Below are positions 60,215-64,000 of a stretch of 64,000 bases of DNA, piece by piece. The first letter of the stretch is position 1, and every line of letters begins with the position of its first letter. The DNA is from Verrucomicrobiota bacterium (lineage in GTDB: Bacteria; Verrucomicrobiota; Verrucomicrobiia; Limisphaerales; AAA164-E04): the NCBI GenBank assembly GCA_047947115.1, contig CP170459.1:1072386-1136385 (forward strand), written 5' to 3'. Both the position numbers and the translations under genes were made by a program. Under the pieces are notes generated by a model, which had not been told where the DNA came from, did not search any database, and saw only the letters and a program-made list of their open reading frames with translations.

Positions 60215-61063
60215 ATGAAGATTTACATGCCATTTTGCATTACCCAGGGTCGTGTCAGGAAACACGGATTCACACTTATTGAGCTTCTGGTTGTGATCGC
60301 GATCATTGCTATTTTGGCTGGAATGCTTTTACCGGCTTTGAGCGCTGCAAAAAACAAAGCGCACCGTGCAAGCTGTATTAATAATTTAAGGCAATTGGGT
60401 ATCGTTACGTTCATCTATGCCGACGACCACGAAGACAAACTATACCCTTCGTTGTTCAATCCGGAGGCACTTGCCGGTAGCGCTCCTTGGTGGTCTTATC
60501 GTCTGTTTGGCGGAGCTGATGGACAACCTGCCGATGTGGATAATCCATTCAATCATGGTCACCTCTTCCGCTATAACTACATCACTGATGCGCGCATGTA
60601 TTTTGATCCTGGTCTGAAAGGTGTGGATGCCAATCTCGAAGGGCGTGGATATGAACTGAAATATTACCAGAATGATAACAATCCATTCCCGGTGGCTCAA
60701 GGGGCCTGGGTTCGATCCAGCTATGTTTACTACCCGCAATCCCAACAGCCTGCCACCAAAACACCGGCCAATGAGAATCAGGCTCAGTGGCGTAAAGTGG
60801 CCACCAAGTCCATTCAACTGGCTTCTGATCGAACTTTTATCACGGGCTTTATCTATTCCTTCAAAACGATCCCTCACAAAACCAACCGAAATCCGGTCGG
60901 TCTCAATGTGCTATGGGGAGACTCGCACGTGTCCTTTTCCAATGACAAGCGTGCTTTCGATCCCAGCTTATGGGATGTCCCTGAAGGCAGCACTGCAGGT
61001 GATCTGAATCCCGGAAACAACCCCGAACGGTTTCGATCCATTGTGGGCTGGCTGCGCCCATAG
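60215..61063 (+). CDS. Prepilin-type N-terminal cleavage protein (variant H-X14-DSH)
   Basis: [41 protein letters not shown]; start uncertain (60155-60227). Confidence 0.9.
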   Translation: MKIYMPFCITQGRVRKHGFTLIELLVVIAIIAILAGMLLPALSAAKNKAHRASCINNLRQLGIVTFIYADDHEDKLYPSLFNPEALAGSAPWWSYRLFGGADGQPADVDNPFNHGHLFRYNYITDARMYFDPGLKGVDANLEGRGYELKYYQNDNNPFPVAQGAWVRSSYVYYPQSQQPATKTPANENQAQWRKVATKSIQLASDRTFITGFIYSFKTIPHKTNRNPVGLNVLWGDSHVSFSNDKRAFDPSLWDVPEGSTAGDLNPGNNPERFRSIVGWLRP

Positions 61064-61154
61064 ATGCATGTTTTGAGTTGGTTTTCCTTGGTGACATTTT
61101 CCGGTCCTGCATTCAGAATGGTCGTGTATTCAACAATCTCAACCGACTGCTCTG

Positions 61155-62636
61155 ATGAAATTCAAACATCTCGTTCGTGTTCTTTGCGCCGTTGTGACCA
61201 TGCTGGCGTGCCATACCTGTTATGCCGCCAAACCCAATATCCTGATTGTCACCGTCGATGACATGAGCTGTGACTCGGTGGGAGTGTTCGGTTGCGAGCT
61301 TCAGGGAACCACACCTCACATCGACAAGTTGGCTCAGCACGGGCTGCGTTATCATCACGCACATGTGCAAACGGGCAGTTGTTATCCCTGTCGTAACGTC
61401 TTGTTTTCCGGTCGCTTTTCCCACAATACCGGAGTCGAAGGATTCTATCAGGTTAAGAACACCACCTATCCACATATGGTGGACTTGATGAAGGCTGGTG
61501 GTTACTTCGTTGGCATCCGAGGCAAGGTGGCCCACTCCACTCCGTATCAACCTTACGGATGGGATGAAGATTTGACAGTGATTGATGGCAAACTACAGCA
61601 CACCAAGCATCCCGAATCCTATTATCAATCCACCAAAAAGGGCATCGAATCCGCCGTCAAAGTCGGGAAACCCTTTTGTCTCAACATTAACATCTCCGAT
61701 CCTCACAAACCCTTTTACGCCATGAACGGCAAAGGCGATATCGTGGACGATTCAAATGTGCCCTCGCATATTTTCAAACCTGAAGAAGTGCCCATCCCTG
61801 GATTCCTGTTTGATCATCCGGATGTTCGGTCAGAGCTGGCACATTACTACTCTTCCGTGCGTCGTGCGGATGATTGCCTGGGCCAGGTGATGAAGGCATT
61901 GGATGAGTCCGGAAAACGTGAGGACACAGTCATCTTCTTTTTATCGGATCACGGCATGCCCCTGCCCTTCGCTAAAACAGCGGTATGGCATCACAGCACA
62001 CGCACCCCATGGATCGTTGTCTGGCCGGGCGTCACCCGGGCTGGAGCGGTGGACAAGCAACACATGATTTCCGGTGTGGATCTTCTTCCAACCCTGCTGG
62101 ACGTAGCAGGATTGCCTCATCCGGAGGGTTTCGACGGACATTCATTTCTTCCGACCATTCGAGGCGAACGTCAGGCCGGGCGCAATTACGTCTACAAATT
62201 TCACAACGAGAATTCCGGACGCAATCGGAGTCCCATGCGCAGTGTACAATCCAAACAATTCGGATATATTTTCAATCCATGGTCGGATGGCAAACGTGTT
62301 TTCAAAACCGCAACGCGGGGCACCATCACTTTTCGGACCATGCAGCAACTGGCCAAAACGGATGAAACCATTGCCGCCAGACTGAAGCTGTTGGAATACG
62401 GTGTGCCGGAAGAATTCTACGATTACGAAAACGATCCCGACGCGTTGCACAACCTGATTGATGATCCACGTTACGCCGATGAAATCACACGACACCGTGC
62501 CGCCATGTTACGATTCATGCGCGCGTCCAACGACCACGCGCTGGAAGCTTTCGAGCATCGTGATGATCCGGCGGCTGTCAGTGCTTATGTCGAAAAGAAA
62601 CAAGCCGAAGCCGATGCCCGGCGCAAAGCCAAGTAA
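61155..62636 (+). CDS. Formylglycine-dependent sulfatase (S1)
   Basis: PNILIVTVDD, CYPCR..LFSGR, DPH, SDHG, DLLPT. Confidence 0.92.
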   Translation: MKFKHLVRVLCAVVTMLACHTCYAAKPNILIVTVDDMSCDSVGVFGCELQGTTPHIDKLAQHGLRYHHAHVQTGSCYPCRNVLFSGRFSHNTGVEGFYQVKNTTYPHMVDLMKAGGYFVGIRGKVAHSTPYQPYGWDEDLTVIDGKLQHTKHPESYYQSTKKGIESAVKVGKPFCLNINISDPHKPFYAMNGKGDIVDDSNVPSHIFKPEEVPIPGFLFDHPDVRSELAHYYSSVRRADDCLGQVMKALDESGKREDTVIFFLSDHGMPLPFAKTAVWHHSTRTPWIVVWPGVTRAGAVDKQHMISGVDLLPTLLDVAGLPHPEGFDGHSFLPTIRGERQAGRNYVYKFHNENSGRNRSPMRSVQSKQFGYIFNPWSDGKRVFKTATRGTITFRTMQQLAKTDETIAARLKLLEYGVPEEFYDYENDPDALHNLIDDPRYADEITRHRAAMLRFMRASNDHALEAFEHRDDPAAVSAYVEKKQAEADARRKAK

Positions 62637-62673
62637 TTGGAAGGACTCACCTCAACCCAAAAACGAAAACAAG

Positions 62674-64000
62674 ATGAATCGCTCCCCTCTATTTACTCTT
62701 TTAATTGCGGCAGGTCTCAGCGCCCTGTGTTGTTCCTGTGCCACTCCTTCGAAGGCCACCCCGACTCCAGCGCCCGAGCCTTTCGGTGTTTTACCAAGTG
62801 AGCGTCAGTTGGCATGGCATGAATTGGAGTTTTACGGATTCCTGCATTTTTCGATCAACACCTTTACCGACATGGAATGGGGTAGTGGCGAAGAGCCTCC
62901 TGCGCGATTCAACCCCACGGCCTTTGATGCAGATCAGATTGCGCAGACTGCCGCTGACGCCGGGATGACCGCATTGATTCTCACCTGCAAACACCATGAC
63001 GGGTTCTGTCTGTGGCCATCGGATCATACCGAGCATTCGGTGAAGAACAGCCCCTTTCGCGATGGTGAGGGTGATGTCGTTCGGGAAATTTCCGATGCCT
63101 GCCGCAAGCGCGGGCTCAAGTTCGGGGTCTATCTTTCACCTTGGGATCGCAATCATGCAGAGTATGGTCGCCCGGCTTATATTGATTATTTTCGAGCACA
63201 ACTACGTGAATTGCTGACTGAGTACGGTCCCATTGCTGAAGTCTGGTTTGACGGTGCCAATGGCGGTACCGGCTTTTACGGCGGCGCAAATGAGAAGCGC
63301 AATATTGATCGTTCCACTTATTACGATTGGGAGAATACCTGGGCCATTGTGCGCGAACTGCAGCCCCAGGCAGTGATGTTCAGTGATGTAGGGCCCGATG
63401 TGCGCTGGGTTGGGAACGAAAGAGGTATTGCCGGGGATCCTTGTTGGGCGACTTACACCCCTCACGGACTGAATGGACTCAAACCTGCCCCTGGTCAGAC
63501 CATGGACAAGGAAGGTCAGAATGGGCATCGGGACGGTGAGTTCTGGATTCCCGCAGAAGCGGATGTTTCGATCCGTCCGGGCTGGTTTTATCACGAATCA
63601 CAAGATGACAAAGTGCGCAGCTCTCAAAACCTTGTTGATCTCTATTATAAATCCGTTGGGCGTGGCGCATCCTTCCTGTTGAACCTCCCTCCCGATCCGA
63701 GGGGCATCATTCATGAAAACGACGTTGCCGCGCTCAATGGTTTCCGAGCTCATTTGGATGCCACCTTTGCAAACAACATGGCCAAGGGCGCCCGACTTAC
63801 TCCAAGCAACACACGAGGCAACCAGGAAAAAGCCTACGGTGCTCATTTATTGCTGGACGGAGATCGCAATACCTATTGGGCAAGTGATGACAACATGAAC
63901 ACTCCTACATTGGAAGTTGATTTTGGACAAACAACCCGGTTCAACGTGATTGATATCCGCGAGCACCTGCCCTTGGGGCTGCGAGTGGATCAGTGGGCTC
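62674..64000 (+). CDS. Alpha-L-fucosidase GH29 (3' truncated)
   Basis: Not in the track (no stop). Manual translation PSERQLAW...FLHFSINTFTD.EWG, KHHDGFCLWPS, YLSPWD, WFDGA, RWVGNE, DVSIRPGWFY, SVGR. Confidence 0.95.
   Translation, partial: MNRSPLFTLLIAAGLSALCCSCATPSKATPTPAPEPFGVLPSERQLAWHELEFYGFLHFSINTFTDMEWGSGEEPPARFNPTAFDADQIAQTAADAGMTALILTCKHHDGFCLWPSDHTEHSVKNSPFRDGEGDVVREISDACRKRGLKFGVYLSPWDRNHAEYGRPAYIDYFRAQLRELLTEYGPIAEVWFDGANGGTGFYGGANEKRNIDRSTYYDWENTWAIVRELQPQAVMFSDVGPDVRWVGNERGIAGDPCWATYTPHGLNGLKPAPGQTMDKEGQNGHRDGEFWIPAEADVSIRPGWFYHESQDDKVRSSQNLVDLYYKSVGRGASFLLNLPPDPRGIIHENDVAALNGFRAHLDATFANNMAKGARLTPSNTRGNQEKAYGAHLLLDGDRNTYWASDDNMNTPTLEVDFGQTTRFNVIDIREHLPLGLRVDQWA

Noticed and set aside
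1537-63898. Many long antisense or overlapping ORFs in the track (e.g. 1537..2166, 39683..40597, 51022..51687)
   Set aside because: Shadows of well-supported genes, with no family motifs of their own.

Overview
Bacterial chromosomal window, most likely Verrucomicrobia subdivision 3 (Pedosphaera/Limisphaera-like). The taxon is inferred from the ECF-sigma/Ser-Thr kinase pair, three prepilin-type H-X9-DG proteins, proteins ending in RF(Y/F)R, CotH, sulfatase/GH29 and a permease-DtxR fusion. About 50 CDS and one tRNA-Leu(CAA). The left ~15 kb is an accessory zone with four toxin-antitoxin modules, several broken genes and REP-like repeats. The rest is mostly housekeeping and transport (lepA-lepB, tro-type Mn/Fe ABC, fkpA, priA, thiD, two cysteine desulfurases, dnaN, cysQ, mqnC, leuC, pssA, MacAB-TolC-type). 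Best observations not shown by the ORF track: (1) a probable replication origin upstream of dnaN with no adjacent dnaA; (2) a 175-nt 6S-RNA-like rod after cysQ; (3) a Fur-box-like controlled operon of a porin and an FMN-binding domain/ApbE fusion (possible self-flavinylating iron-uptake module); (4) a permease-DtxR fusion with a perfect operator and a divergent promoter pointing to a candidate metal-regulated sRNA; (5) a GTAG-type REP hairpin carried in frame inside a kinase domain. All calls are by eye from motifs; no database searches or folding programs were run.
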